A DNA stretch of 56,196 nt from a virus (lineage: Duplodnaviria; Caudoviricetes): positions 1 to 56,196 of the IMG/VR virus record IMGVR_UViG_3300010397_000013; one strand, given 5' to 3'. Shown piece after piece: positions 1 to 10,638 of this stretch. A program made the position numbers and the translations under genes. The notes beneath the pieces are model-generated. The model had not been told where the DNA came from, did no database searches, and worked only from the letters and a program-made list of their open reading frames with translations. Position 1 is the stretch's first letter. Each line of letters begins with the position of its first letter.

Positions 1-123
1 TTCAAAGACGGAAACCCACTACGAACGTTTACATTTCCAGCGTATAAAATCTGGAACCTAGCGGCACACTTTAAAGACATCGTGGACTGTTTACTGGATT
101 CGATCATGATCATTTATCAAGAA
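1..123. repeat. Terminal direct repeat, copy 1 (identical to 56074-56196)
   Basis: 123 nt exact match between window start and end; indicates a circular or circularly permuted assembly of about 56,073 bp. Confidence 0.95.
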
Positions 124-282
124 GCAGATTTAGCAGATGTGATGGACTTCTTTGCCAAATCTTACAAAGGCAAAATATTGGCTGCTGAATGGTTCATAGA
201 TACACAAAAGCGGAAGGTAGTATTTAGACTGCACGTCGAAGATACTGTTCGTCAAAAAGCTCTCGCTTCTACCGAAAGTTAA
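1..282 (+). CDS. Hypothetical protein, 3' part of the join-spanning ORF
   Basis: Open frame from position 1 to TAA at 280-282. Confidence 0.7.
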   Translation, partial: FKDGNPLRTFTFPAYKIWNLAAHFKDIVDCLLDSIMIIYQEADLADVMDFFAKSYKGKILAAEWFIDTQKRKVVFRLHVEDTVRQKALASTES

Positions 283-284
283 CA

Positions 285-452
285 ATGACTTGGAAAGCAA
301 ACTACGATAACGATACTGGTCCTGGCGACGAGGGATTTTGGGAATGGTGGGATGTTACAAACGGTGACTATAACTTTAGATGCTTTAGTGAGATGGAAGC
401 GGATTGGTTGGTAAGTATTCTGAACTCGTTCGCGCCACACAGGACACCATGA
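285..452 (+). CDS. Small hypothetical protein (MTWKANYDNDTGPGDEGFWEWW...)
   Basis: 55-aa ORF read by hand; fills the gap between tightly packed + strand genes. Confidence 0.55.
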   Translation: MTWKANYDNDTGPGDEGFWEWWDVTNGDYNFRCFSEMEADWLVSILNSFAPHRTP

Positions 453-456
453 TTTT

Positions 457-693
457 ATGAAAAGCCGAACAATAATTATTGATGGATGTGTCGCGCAACT
501 CACGCAAGTGTCCAAAAAAGATTTTAAATTAACCTACGATGGTTATCAGACTTTCTTGCGAATTGATGAACGCAATCCAGTAACTCGACGCAAACGCATA
601 ACCAATCTGGCGCATAAAGCTTTCCGGGAATGGCTCAAAGTGTTAGCTTCAGTTTCACTTTCTCCAAAAAGAGTTGGAATCAAATCATCATGA
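457..693 (+). CDS. Hypothetical protein
   Basis: 78-aa ORF, ATGA overlap with the next gene. Confidence 0.55.
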   Translation: MKSRTIIIDGCVAQLTQVSKKDFKLTYDGYQTFLRIDERNPVTRRKRITNLAHKAFREWLKVLASVSLSPKRVGIKSS

Positions 694-1001
694 ACTTAAT
701 ACCAATAGCAACGCTAACAGGAATGGTTGTGGGTGCATCAATTGCGTCATTTGCCTTTAGGCGTGGAATGAAAATGGCTATGGAAGAATTTATGGCTAAG
801 CGACGCCATATCGACAAATTCTCTGCATTGCGCTTAGAGAACGCATCGGCTAAATGCTATACTTTAATGCGACAGTATGGACCAGATGTGACCCTTGATA
901 ATGCGTTGCAGGGTATTCGTAGTGGTGTTTCAGAAGCCGAACGCCAAAAAGCATATAACCAACTCATCAACGAATTAAACTGGAATCTGCCAAAGAAATG
1001 A
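690..1001 (+). CDS. Hypothetical membrane-anchored protein
   Basis: N-terminal hydrophobic helix from ATG 690; ATGA coupling at both ends. Confidence 0.55.
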   Translation: MNLIPIATLTGMVVGASIASFAFRRGMKMAMEEFMAKRRHIDKFSALRLENASAKCYTLMRQYGPDVTLDNALQGIRSGVSEAERQKAYNQLINELNWNLPKK

Positions 1002-1315
1002 ATAAGAGAAGTTTTTTAGAAAAGCTGTTTGTTGGTATTTGGGGCTTCCTGCTTGCGCTAATTGGAATAAAAAGACCTTCACTTAAGAAACATAAGGGAT
1101 ATTTTATCGCTGAATTTAAGGCAGCACCTCGTCCGATACCGAACACAGATGATATGATGATCATAATACATCCGAATGCTTTTGATTTTCTGTGCGCTTT
1201 TTGTGGAGAAACAGTAAACGAAAAAAACGGATTCTGTTTGGATGGCCGTTATAAATGGGCACACAAAGGCTGTCTTAACGTCTCCGCTTCGCCCACAACT
1301 CGCGGAAGTGGGTGA
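998..1315 (+). CDS. Hypothetical protein with Tat-like N-terminus and C-terminal Cys/His Zn-finger-like motif
   Basis: MNKRSFL + hydrophobic stretch; CAFC...HKGC. Confidence 0.55.
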   Translation: MNKRSFLEKLFVGIWGFLLALIGIKRPSLKKHKGYFIAEFKAAPRPIPNTDDMMIIIHPNAFDFLCAFCGETVNEKNGFCLDGRYKWAHKGCLNVSASPTTRGSG

Positions 1316-1316
1316 A

Positions 1317-4300
1317 TTACTTGGGCTTCTTGTTGGTGTCGTAGTTCTGAACACTCATCCCGAACAGCGATAAAATGGCAATGGCTGTTCCTGCTGTAAC
1401 TCCCTGCTCCTGCATCACGCTATAGATGTCACTCATTGACAACGGAATAACAGCATTCATAGCCACAGTCTTTGGTGTAACAGTTTCACCTACTACATTT
1501 TTACCAGTCAAAACGTCCACCACATCTCCAACCACAGGAGATAATTTAGTGCGCAAGAACCGAGCGATCAGGTCTGCGCTTGTGGGATGCCCAAAGGCTA
1601 CCTTACCCCGAATGGGTTCAACTTGGCCCTTACTGTTCACCATTTTCCCAGACGCCAAGCGCGATAGTAGGACGGTCACTTGAGATAATCCAGCGAGCGG
1701 ATCAACGCGAGTGTTTCCCCATTTCATCTTTCCAAAATCAGTAGATCGCGGGTCTGTGTTGATGCTGGCACCAGCAAGCTTTCCAAGACCATAAACAACC
1801 GCCAATCCGCCTAAAAATTTTGCATATTCCTTCGCTACCAAATACCGAGTCTGAGCAGATCCACGATAAGCCGGTTCACCGGCCAAAAGCTGAAACCGAC
1901 TCGCCACCAATCGGGGCGCAAAGAATGCCGTGCTTAGAGTTTCAGCAGCACCCGCTGCCTTCCCCAAATTGCCGCGTCCCGTAGCGATGTTGATATAATT
2001 GGAAATGGCTTCCAGTTCTGCTGGTGTAGCAGTTTTTCCAGAGGTTAAGCTTTCGTGAAGTGCATCGAAAGTATCTGCCCGAAGCCTGTTCAGGAATGTC
2101 ACGTAAGCACGCCCTGAAGCTGCAACCCCTGGAATTTTGCTGGCCAATCTCGACATGAAAGCTTCTTCCATGCTCGTCAGCCTTGCACCTTCACGCGGAG
2201 CCAAGAACAACTTAGATTGCGCATACAACTTTGCGTTTGGACGTGCGGCAATTTCTGCCTCAACTGTGGCAGCGTTTTTCTCTGAGAGCAGAGCCTTGAA
2301 CATTGGCCCAAGTGCTTTTGCTGCTCGCACTGGATTGCCAAGTGAAATGAACCCACCTTGCCGGAATACCGCTGATACATCCCAACTGGTCATTATTGCC
2401 CGGCTGAGATTGAGGGCCTCTTTTGTTCCCATCCAAATCTTTTCCGCTCTTGATTTGCGTAAATAACGTTCGTGCTCAAGGCCGCGATTGAACCTTTCAC
2501 GTAACAAATTAACTTCAGCTTTTGCGGAAGCTGTTATCGGGTCCAATGCCAATTCGCGCTTGATTCTCCGAGGCGAAAAATCACCAGCAGCCAATCGTTC
2601 ATTTAATTCCGCCCTCTCGGTAGCCAATCTGGTTTTAAGGGATTGGATGGCAATTTCTTCCGGGGTCTTTTTTGGTTTGGCCTCATTGCGTAGCCGCTGC
2701 TTGATTTTGTTCAGTTCTGCCAACTCTGCGCGTTTAGCTGAAAGTTCAGGCAACACAGACTTTCCCGGAGTTTTCTTGGCTTCAATGTCACCTTCATTGA
2801 TCTGGCGCGTAACTTCTTCGATGCGCTTATCAATCTCCCCAATTTGTTTCGTTTGCTCTTTGACTCGTTTGGCCTCTTGCAGAGCAGCATCAAGGTTTTT
2901 AAGGTGGGCAATCTGTTCCCGGATTGCTGTTGCTCTCGATTTTAGCGCGTTAAGCTTTTCACTTGCTGGCAGTGGTGTTCCAGCAGGCTTTCCGTAGTCG
3001 CCTTTCCTGGCACGTTCAAGCGCGGCTTCTGCTTGAACTGAATTGCGTTCGGCGGCAGCAATGGCCCTTTCAAGCCGTTGTTCAGGAGTTAATGTCTTAT
3101 CTCCAAAAATTTCATCATTCTCCTTCTTTAGCCTGTCGATTTCTGCTCGTTGAGCAATTGATTCAGCATCAGACGGCGAAACTCGCTTGCCTTTTACAAT
3201 GCGTGTCTTGGTGGCGTTCTCAAATCGCAAATCAGCAATGCGATGCTTATTGCGGGTCTTAATGGCATCCAACGTGGACTTCAACTGGCTGGCCGGATCG
3301 CTGGTAGTGATTCCAAGCTTTTTACTCAGTTCATTTATTTCCTTCGTTCGTCGTCGGGATAGATCGGTTTGTTCAACCCGCTGCTGGCCTGTGCGCAATC
3401 CGGCTTCACCTTTTTGGAGCCGTTCGAGCGTGGAAAGCTTCCGTTCTTCTTCTGACGCTTGAATTAACCGCTTACGAATTGGATCTGATGTGGCGGCTTT
3501 AAATTTACCGTATTGCGTCCAAGCATCACGCGCCTCAACAGTGGTTATTTCGGGGATAATATCTTTCAGGATGCCATGAACAGCATCAGTGATTTCGTTG
3601 CCTAGAATAGTTTTTGGATCTCGCCCCTTACCCGCTTCCTCTTTCAAAAAGTTGCTGGCTAATTCTCTCGCATAGCGTCCGATGTCAGCGTCGTCTGCTT
3701 CATCTGCAACAGCTTCTTTTAATCCTTCGGTGATTGCCTTGCGTTCATCGGCTGTCGATGTGATGGCTTTTTTGATTTTGTCTGCGGTCGCTTTGCCACG
3801 TGCTTTTTCCAGTGTTGATTGTTCATCGGCCAAAACCTTTTCGCTGGCGGCGCGGATTTCGTTGATGTGTTCTCGTGCCCATTCACCCAAGTCTGCAATC
3901 ATTGAGTCAGTCCACTTTGCCACATCCGTCAATCCGCGAGTAAGTTTAGCCGCACCATAGATTGCAGCATCGCTAAGAATAGTGGGGTCAATACCCGCTG
4001 AAGTTCTACCAAGTCTTGCCTTTAATCGCGCAAGGGCTTCATCACCCTTTTTATCCATGTATTTTGCAAATCGTTCAGCCTGTGCTATGACTCCCGGTGC
4101 ATAGGATGGCTGTTGTGCAACTGTGGCCCTGGCTTCCGCTAAAGCTTTGTCCATTTCAGCTTTAGCAACTCGCTCATTGGCAGCAGTTTCAGCTTCAGTA
4201 GCCTTCCTTTCGGCCTCAACTAATTTTTGGTGCAATTCGGCAATTTCAGCATGTTCCTGTTCAGTTAATGGCTCGAATCCTTTTGCTGCTCGCTGCCTTG

Positions 4301-5822
4301 CTTCCATCGCTGCTAGAGTGAAATCCTCCTTCATTAACCGTTGGCGCATCTGCCCGCTCCGTCCCCATTCAGTTCCAACTTTTTTAGCAACCTGCTCAAT
4401 TTTGTTTAACTTATTTTCAAAAAAGGCTGCTCTAGTTTTGGCATCTTCGACATCAGCCATTCTTCCATCTTCGTACGCTTGTGCGCCGTCGCGAGTCGCC
4501 TTGGCGTACTCGTTTTGTAAATCCACGTAACGATGATCAAGAGCCAATACTTCATCGGCATTAATTTGGGTTTTACGTCCTTGCTGTAGATCGTCAATCA
4601 ATCGGTCCTGCCACTCTGGCTCCAAATCAATGCGAGCCATGACGCGATCCCAAACCACGGCATTTTTGAGACGCTGTGGCGCAATTATTGGGGATAAGCC
4701 GCGAGATTGGCGTTCGGCATCAACGGCGGCATTCTTTACTCCAGTAGCGGTTCGGCTGGTTGGAGTGAACTCACTTGGTACTGCCCCGCCCATGCCGATG
4801 ATTTCTGACTCCTGAAGCCCTGGCTGTGGGGTTTGCTCAGTTGGTGCAGGTGGTGCAGGCTGAGTCACGTCAATTGCTGGTTCAGTAGAAGGAGCAGGAG
4901 CAGCTTCTACTGTTTCAAGCTTAGGTGCTTCCGGCGCTTTCCCCTCTTGCTCAAGACGGTCCAGTGTGGATTCGGAGACGGCGAGTTCACCAGCCAACTC
5001 AGCCTTTTGTTCCGCAATATACTTTGCGCGTCTTGCGCTTTCAGCCATTTCAGCCTCAGTCACATCGCGCAATGGCGGCAGTAATCGCGGAGCATTCTCT
5101 TTTGGAAGTGGAGCAGTCTTTGCCCCCTTAGCTATCGCCAATGGAATACCAAGTTGTGCCGCTAATCCAACTGTAGAAGCTATCAGTTCGGGGGTATCCT
5201 TTGCCTGCTTCACTCTTTCCACTGCTTCTGGGATCGATTCAACCATCGGAGCGGCAAAGAGTGGTGTGGCTAATCCCGGCGATCTTACCACTGGTCCCAT
5301 ACTAAAAGCCGCGGCTGGATCGGTAGTGGCACTGAGAACTTCTCCAGCCGCCTTTTGCAATCCTTGGCCAACACTTCCTTCTGAAGCCTTACCAAGCGGG
5401 GAAAGGAATTCAACCGCTCTTTGAGCCTGCTCAGGACTTACGATTGGTTGCTGAGTCAAATCTGGCGCATTCTCAGGTGTCTTTGGAATGCCGGGAATAA
5501 AGCCCAGCATCCTACCCACGCCTTTGCTGGCTACACCCAATGCTGAACGTGCTACTGTCCAAGGTGCTGTGCGATGGAGAATATCAGCACCAGTTTCAAG
5601 TCCAGAAAGAATGGATTGGCCAGCATCCAGTCTTTCACCTTCTTTGCGAGCCTGTTCCAGTTGTACAGTTCTTACCAGCGCACGAGTCTTCTGCATCGAC
5701 TCGGCAGCTTTTTTGTATTCGTCGGGTTCGGCTACTTGATCGAAAATGTCCGATTTGGCTGGCGCAACCTCATCAAAAATATCCTGTTTCGGCGCTTCGA
5801 GTGTATCGAAGATGTCATTCAT
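1317..5822 (-). CDS. Large internal virion / DNA-ejection protein (1501 aa)
   Basis: Largest ORF, helical and Ala/Glu/Lys-rich; N-terminal DIFD repeats; last gene of the tail module, as in podovirus ejection cassettes. Confidence 0.7.
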   Translation of the reverse strand: MNDIFDTLEAPKQDIFDEVAPAKSDIFDQVAEPDEYKKAAESMQKTRALVRTVQLEQARKEGERLDAGQSILSGLETGADILHRTAPWTVARSALGVASKGVGRMLGFIPGIPKTPENAPDLTQQPIVSPEQAQRAVEFLSPLGKASEGSVGQGLQKAAGEVLSATTDPAAAFSMGPVVRSPGLATPLFAAPMVESIPEAVERVKQAKDTPELIASTVGLAAQLGIPLAIAKGAKTAPLPKENAPRLLPPLRDVTEAEMAESARRAKYIAEQKAELAGELAVSESTLDRLEQEGKAPEAPKLETVEAAPAPSTEPAIDVTQPAPPAPTEQTPQPGLQESEIIGMGGAVPSEFTPTSRTATGVKNAAVDAERQSRGLSPIIAPQRLKNAVVWDRVMARIDLEPEWQDRLIDDLQQGRKTQINADEVLALDHRYVDLQNEYAKATRDGAQAYEDGRMADVEDAKTRAAFFENKLNKIEQVAKKVGTEWGRSGQMRQRLMKEDFTLAAMEARQRAAKGFEPLTEQEHAEIAELHQKLVEAERKATEAETAANERVAKAEMDKALAEARATVAQQPSYAPGVIAQAERFAKYMDKKGDEALARLKARLGRTSAGIDPTILSDAAIYGAAKLTRGLTDVAKWTDSMIADLGEWAREHINEIRAASEKVLADEQSTLEKARGKATADKIKKAITSTADERKAITEGLKEAVADEADDADIGRYARELASNFLKEEAGKGRDPKTILGNEITDAVHGILKDIIPEITTVEARDAWTQYGKFKAATSDPIRKRLIQASEEERKLSTLERLQKGEAGLRTGQQRVEQTDLSRRRTKEINELSKKLGITTSDPASQLKSTLDAIKTRNKHRIADLRFENATKTRIVKGKRVSPSDAESIAQRAEIDRLKKENDEIFGDKTLTPEQRLERAIAAAERNSVQAEAALERARKGDYGKPAGTPLPASEKLNALKSRATAIREQIAHLKNLDAALQEAKRVKEQTKQIGEIDKRIEEVTRQINEGDIEAKKTPGKSVLPELSAKRAELAELNKIKQRLRNEAKPKKTPEEIAIQSLKTRLATERAELNERLAAGDFSPRRIKRELALDPITASAKAEVNLLRERFNRGLEHERYLRKSRAEKIWMGTKEALNLSRAIMTSWDVSAVFRQGGFISLGNPVRAAKALGPMFKALLSEKNAATVEAEIAARPNAKLYAQSKLFLAPREGARLTSMEEAFMSRLASKIPGVAASGRAYVTFLNRLRADTFDALHESLTSGKTATPAELEAISNYINIATGRGNLGKAAGAAETLSTAFFAPRLVASRFQLLAGEPAYRGSAQTRYLVAKEYAKFLGGLAVVYGLGKLAGASINTDPRSTDFGKMKWGNTRVDPLAGLSQVTVLLSRLASGKMVNSKGQVEPIRGKVAFGHPTSADLIARFLRTKLSPVVGDVVDVLTGKNVVGETVTPKTVAMNAVIPLSMSDIYSVMQEQGVTAGTAIAILSLFGMSVQNYDTNKKPK

Positions 5823-6817
5823 TAAAAACTGAATCCAGCATCACGCGCCATTTTGCGAGCTTTTTCTTTATCGCCGCCAGATTGTTTAAGGAAATCTATT
5901 GCAGCTTCACGAGTTAATGGATTGAGTGACGAAGATTGTAATCCGGCAGGCGGTGCAACTAATTTGTTTTGAGTTGGGATTGGCCTAACGCCCATGCTCA
6001 AATCTTTCAGATAAGCATTGATGTCAGAGAGTTCTTTGGCGTGTGCGGTTCTCTCTGTTTTATCTGTGGAAGATTTCAAAAGTGTCTGCAAAATTCGTGC
6101 TCTTGATTCAGCCATTCTGCCCATCTCGTTTGGGGTCAATTCTGCCACTGTCTTGCCTTTATCCTTACGCTCGAAGTGGCCAGTATGGGGATTTACCACG
6201 TACTTTTCACCTTCCAACTCAATGATCTTTGGTAGGTTTTCGGCCTGCTCCTGAGATAGTGCGCTTCTCGGAACAATATGGACCGCATTACCTCCAGTTG
6301 GCGTAGGAGCAATAACCGCATTCACCATGTCCTTACTTCCTGGCACTGCGAAGTTTGTCATGTAGGGGCTTGCCGCACGCGGCGGTGGTGCAATCGCCCT
6401 CATATCTGGTGCGAAGCTCTTATCTCCTGGCTGACTGAAATAACTGAAATTCTTATACGCAGCTTCACGCGGGTCCATGCCTGACCGTCGCGCTTCATCC
6501 ATACGCATCACGCCCAACAATCTTCGTGCTGCCGCAACATCCTGAACCGCTTGTGCTACGCTGGTTGCGTGTTCGTAAGTCTGTTTCAGGAATTGCTGTT
6601 CGCGCCGATTGCGCTGTTCTTCTGCTGCTTCTTGTGGCGTAGGTAACGCCATTGGCTGTGCCCCCGGTGGTGGGATCGGAAGTCCACGCCGAATTATTGG
6701 CACAGGCGGCATTGGTGCCTGAGTCATTGGAGGATTCTGAGGCGGCACTTGGCCAAGACTAGGCGCACTAAAATCAGGCACTTCTGGTCCAAGATCGATT
6801 ACGTCTTCTTCTGGCAT
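5822..6817 (-). CDS. Putative internal virion/ejection protein (Pro-rich N-terminus)
   Basis: 331-aa ORF, translationally coupled to the 1501-aa gene. Confidence 0.55.
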   Translation of the reverse strand: MPEEDVIDLGPEVPDFSAPSLGQVPPQNPPMTQAPMPPVPIIRRGLPIPPPGAQPMALPTPQEAAEEQRNRREQQFLKQTYEHATSVAQAVQDVAAARRLLGVMRMDEARRSGMDPREAAYKNFSYFSQPGDKSFAPDMRAIAPPPRAASPYMTNFAVPGSKDMVNAVIAPTPTGGNAVHIVPRSALSQEQAENLPKIIELEGEKYVVNPHTGHFERKDKGKTVAELTPNEMGRMAESRARILQTLLKSSTDKTERTAHAKELSDINAYLKDLSMGVRPIPTQNKLVAPPAGLQSSSLNPLTREAAIDFLKQSGGDKEKARKMARDAGFSF

Positions 6818-6820
6818 AAC

Positions 6821-7960
6821 CTAATACCAATCTTCCGATCCGTAATTGCTGTAACTCGGAGGGGCATAGTTCCAAGTGTCTGTGGCTTGATTTGCATAAG
6901 TCCATTCAGGGACATCAGGGTAAGCAGCCTGATCAATAAAAAACATATTTCTGCCAGGCACTCCAGTTGGGATCATGGTGTTGTAAAAAGGATCATCTGG
7001 CCCACCAAATCCGCCGTAACCTGGCCTTTCTGGTCTGACATTCGTTGGGTAGGCATTTCCATTATCGTCATACCACAATCCACCACCGCCTCCGCCAGAT
7101 GGTGTAAATGGATTCGGCGGCATTGATGCGCTTGAACTACCACCGCCTGAAATCGGTTGTGCTCGGTAACCATAACTTGGACTTCCACCCCCTCCACCAC
7201 CACCACCGCCCCGATTGAAATTTCTAGCTGCATCCAAGACTAGCCGTGCTCGTTCAATATCCAACTGTCCAAGCTGCACCTGCCTGCGAAGTTCCAGTTC
7301 CGCTTGTTGCAAACTCAATTGGCCTCGCTGCACAGCGGACAAAATTTGTTGGCTAACATCGTAAGGCTGTGGCACTCGACCATGAGCACCAGAAAGTAAT
7401 GAATTAGCGATTTGCGCACGCCGTTCAACATCGGATTGTCTTAGTCTCCCCGTTGTTTCCGATCCAGCGTAACTGCCGGGAATGCCTCGCGCTGTGGCAA
7501 GTTCAGCGCCTTGCATGGTGACATCATAATTGGCCTGCGCATCATTCGGGTTCAATAATCGCATGGTCGCGCCATACACGGGATCGCTTTGCTGTGCTCC
7601 CCGGTAATAATCCAAGTTGTATTGGTTTACCTGATTCCCAACCCCAATGGCATTACTGACTTCATCTCCTGAAGGCTGAAAAGAAACTGGTTGATACGAA
7701 TTTGGTTGTGTGGCGGTTCGAGAAGCTATCTCTGGATAAAGCTCAGGATACATTTGTTTGGCGGCAGCAATTTGCTGATCCATCGGTGCTGGATTAAATG
7801 GATATCCTCCGCTTGCGCTGTATGGATTGGGTGGCCTTCTCAGAACGTTAGGTCCTGTAGATCCTGGAACAAATGGCATGTATGGCTGCGCAAATTCTCC
7901 GGGATTATCAACTGTGCCGCCAATTGGTTTGCCGGTCTTAGGATCGTAAAATGTTGCCAT
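6821..7960 (-). CDS. Putative internal virion/pilot-like protein (Gly/Gln/Pro-rich)
   Basis: Low-complexity composition and position downstream of the adaptor gene. Confidence 0.55.
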   Translation of the reverse strand: MATFYDPKTGKPIGGTVDNPGEFAQPYMPFVPGSTGPNVLRRPPNPYSASGGYPFNPAPMDQQIAAAKQMYPELYPEIASRTATQPNSYQPVSFQPSGDEVSNAIGVGNQVNQYNLDYYRGAQQSDPVYGATMRLLNPNDAQANYDVTMQGAELATARGIPGSYAGSETTGRLRQSDVERRAQIANSLLSGAHGRVPQPYDVSQQILSAVQRGQLSLQQAELELRRQVQLGQLDIERARLVLDAARNFNRGGGGGGGGGSPSYGYRAQPISGGGSSSASMPPNPFTPSGGGGGGLWYDDNGNAYPTNVRPERPGYGGFGGPDDPFYNTMIPTGVPGRNMFFIDQAAYPDVPEWTYANQATDTWNYAPPSYSNYGSEDWY

Positions 7961-7961
7961 A

Positions 7962-8993
7962 CTACTGCATGTTGATGTTCACCCGCGCCAAGTCAGCACT
8001 GCCAAACGGTTTAAAGCTAACTGCTGGCCGTAGTGCGCCTTCGTAATGGATTAGTTCACCATTCAACAATCGGATCGCGTCCCGATGATGTTTGATAGCC
8101 AATTGCGCGGCTCCCGGATTGTCCATAATGCTATATCTGATAGAAATACATTCCTCAATGATCGCTTCAAGGTTCCCTACTGGCACCAGATAGTCTGTAT
8201 CCACAGCAACCGGGATGTATTCCAGTTTGGCAATCGCTTCGATTTGCAGCGGTGACGTGCATGGTATACAGCACTTCTTCGGCATCCCTACAATCTGATA
8301 ACGCCGATAGGCAGCAGTGGTTTCTCCTGGCTGCATGGTGAGTATCAATCTCTCGTTCCCATCGGTATCAACTTCATAAAATCGCACTACCCCAATCGTC
8401 ACATCCTTTTGCAATCCAGTTAGACTGTTCAGGATTTGGCTGTCAATGAATGGAGCAGTCAAAACCAGAAATTCGCCAGTGACTTCAACCAATCCGTCAG
8501 CCGAATAAATGGTGTCATCGTTCTGGTCCGTGCCTTGAACCAGCACACGCTTTCCGGCATCAGCGGCATTGGTCAGGTAAACTCGAAGCGTGCTGCCGGC
8601 TACTAAATCGGAGAAGGTTGGGAATGTGCCGCGTTCATAGCCTTGCAGCCAATTCTGCCCACGCCGATTCCTCGGCTGAGGGCCAATGCCATAATCCAAG
8701 AATTCAAAGAATTGATTCTGAATTGGCACAGGGCGTTTGCACACCGCAATATTCTCAAGTCGCGCAACTTCTCTTGGTGTCGTGATGAATGGATTGCAGG
8801 TTGTATCGACGTTGAAAACCATCTTCACCCATGAACCATACCAGCCAGTATCTCCCTGCTCGACTGAGTAGGTCAGTTTTTGTTGCGCTGCATTCACTGC
8901 CGCTGCGCAGCCAGATAGATCGGACTGACACGTACCGATGGCCGTGGGGCCACGAGAGGTTCTGAAATCCAGCAAGCGCGTTCTAAGTGGCAT
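7962..8993 (-). CDS. Putative head-tail adaptor / tail tubular protein A-like
   Basis: 343-aa ORF; helical termini around a beta-rich core; position in the tail module (function inferred). Confidence 0.5.
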   Translation of the reverse strand: MPLRTRLLDFRTSRGPTAIGTCQSDLSGCAAAVNAAQQKLTYSVEQGDTGWYGSWVKMVFNVDTTCNPFITTPREVARLENIAVCKRPVPIQNQFFEFLDYGIGPQPRNRRGQNWLQGYERGTFPTFSDLVAGSTLRVYLTNAADAGKRVLVQGTDQNDDTIYSADGLVEVTGEFLVLTAPFIDSQILNSLTGLQKDVTIGVVRFYEVDTDGNERLILTMQPGETTAAYRRYQIVGMPKKCCIPCTSPLQIEAIAKLEYIPVAVDTDYLVPVGNLEAIIEECISIRYSIMDNPGAAQLAIKHHRDAIRLLNGELIHYEGALRPAVSFKPFGSADLARVNINMQ

Positions 8994-9240
8994 TACTTAT
9001 TTTCGATCTTTCTTATTAGGCCATCCGTACCACCACACCATATTGTGGAAATCATCGAACATCTTCAAAAGCTCTACGACTTGAGCATCGAACACACACG
9101 ACCTCCACTTAAAACCATGATCCGAAATCATTTGCATCTCGCACCTCAACAGGCCGAAGCGCAAGACCAAGAAACAGCGCACCTGCAACAAGAAAAGGCT
9201 AAACTTATGAATGAAAGAACGAAGTGGTTTCATGTTTTAG

Positions 9241-9396
9241 TTAAGCATAGTAATCCGGCTTGCGCTTCTTTTTCAAAGGTTGGCCTGTGTGATAATTTTG
9301 GCCCGTACTCGCCTGGCAGACTGCATAAGCATTCACCCCCTTGCCTTTGCGCTTCACCTTCTCCACGCATCTTGCCACTTTGGTTCCTTTAGGCAT
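9241..9396 (-). CDS. Small basic protein (MPKGTKVARCVEKVKRKGKG..., 51 aa)
   Basis: Read by hand; start overlaps the end of 9389..9688; Lys/Arg-rich. Confidence 0.6.
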   Translation of the reverse strand: MPKGTKVARCVEKVKRKGKGVNAYAVCQASTGQNYHTGQPLKKKRKPDYYA

Positions 9397-9688
9397 TGGC
9401 TGCCTCCATCAGTTTTAGGACTTCATCCTTTGGTGATTTCGGTCCAAACAAACCCATGTTGTCACCGTAAACCACCATGATCGCTTGCTTCTTGAAAAAT
9501 GCTTCCGTGAATGGTCCACCCACCACGCTGCTCACCGCCTGCTTACTCATGTTCAGTTCTACAAAACGGTGCGCCAATTCCATCGACTGAAGTTGATTCT
9601 CAAATACCTGATGCAGCGCCAATGGTTCTTGTGGGCGATGACGAGTTATCATTTGGCAATCCATACGCCTTTCCTTTGGGTTTGTCAT
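9389..9688 (-). CDS. Hypothetical protein
   Basis: 99-aa ORF coupled to neighbours. Confidence 0.55.
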   Translation of the reverse strand: MTNPKERRMDCQMITRHRPQEPLALHQVFENQLQSMELAHRFVELNMSKQAVSSVVGGPFTEAFFKKQAIMVVYGDNMGLFGPKSPKDEVLKLMEAANA

Positions 9689-10638
9689 GTAGAAAGTCTG
9701 AAGGTTGGGTTTGGCGCTCCCGGATGGTTGTCGCTGTAATTCAAATCATCCAAAAACATTTCAATTGTTCCGCCTGTGTGATTGATCGTGATTTGCCGTC
9801 CCGCATTCGCTGCCTCCACAAGGGCCTGACTTCCATACGTTCCAGTCGTTCCCGGAAATTCAATGGTTGTTCCACCTGAATGACGGATGTAATAACCCTT
9901 GTTCGCAAAGGCGATATTCAACAACCAGAATGCATTATTTCCGTAGCGCAACGCTCCATTCACATAGCTTACTTTGTATGTTCCCGCTGGAACAGTCCCC
10001 CATGATGAAGCGGCATTACTTGTAATGATGGGTGTGATTGTTCCGTAATCAATTGCACCGTCGATATGAATCGTGAACTGTTTGCGCTGATACGCACCCA
10101 CTGCATCTGTGGCTTGAATAAAGAAACTAAAATCCCCTGGCACCGTTGGTGTGCCCATGATCTGTCCCGGTCTGCCTCCACCAAAACAGCCTAACGTTAA
10201 TCCAGTTGGGAGCAATCCAACAAATGGCGTTATTGGAACACGAAAATCATAAGGCACAACCCCCAAAGTAACACAGCCTATTGGTAAAAATGGGAATCTC
10301 CACGGCACGCCACCAATGGCTCGAACGGTAAAATCGTACGGCACATTTAGTTGTCCGTTTGGAAGTCCATTGGTTAAAAAGCAAATCTTCCCTACCCTGG
10401 CCCTTGAACAAGCCAAGTTGGTTGCCAAATAATTTGCTTCAACTTGAGTTCTTCCAATTACGATATTGGCTGGCACAGTCCATGTGAACGGCAACCCATC
10501 TACGCAAATCACATCGCAAGACACTGTCTGATTGTAAAAAAAGTTTGGTGGACAATTGGGAGGACACGGATCGCAATCCGGTGGACAATTCGGTGGTGGA
10601 GGACAGTTAGGCGGACATCCTGGCGGCAGACAACTCAT
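9685..10638 (-). CDS. Cys/Pro-rich virion protein with putative Ig-like domain
   Basis: N-terminal CPPNCPP repeats; LPNG...Y...A.GG..P and LPTGLTL...I.GTPT..G...F...ATD pattern typical of putative Ig (He_PIG-like) repeats. Confidence 0.6.
   Translation of the reverse strand: MSCLPPGCPPNCPPPPNCPPDCDPCPPNCPPNFFYNQTVSCDVICVDGLPFTWTVPANIVIGRTQVEANYLATNLACSRARVGKICFLTNGLPNGQLNVPYDFTVRAIGGVPWRFPFLPIGCVTLGVVPYDFRVPITPFVGLLPTGLTLGCFGGGRPGQIMGTPTVPGDFSFFIQATDAVGAYQRKQFTIHIDGAIDYGTITPIITSNAASSWGTVPAGTYKVSYVNGALRYGNNAFWLLNIAFANKGYYIRHSGGTTIEFPGTTGTYGSQALVEAANAGRQITINHTGGTIEMFLDDLNYSDNHPGAPNPTFRLST

Noticed and set aside
472-483. Partial gapped match (AT.AT.AT.GA) between the array dinucleotides and ORF 457..693
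   Set aside because: Only four consecutive dinucleotides match and the flanks do not; expected by chance. A full self-target search could not be done by eye
1426-5917. Numerous + strand ORFs antisense to the 1501-aa gene, and similar shadows over portal, scaffold and MCP
   Set aside because: Typical antisense shadows of biased codon usage; Ser/Ala/Phe-rich with no motifs
8997-9392. Competing ORFs 8997..9233 (-) and 9045..9392 (+)
   Set aside because: Cannot decide which is real from sequence alone; neither has a recognisable motif, so neither is called
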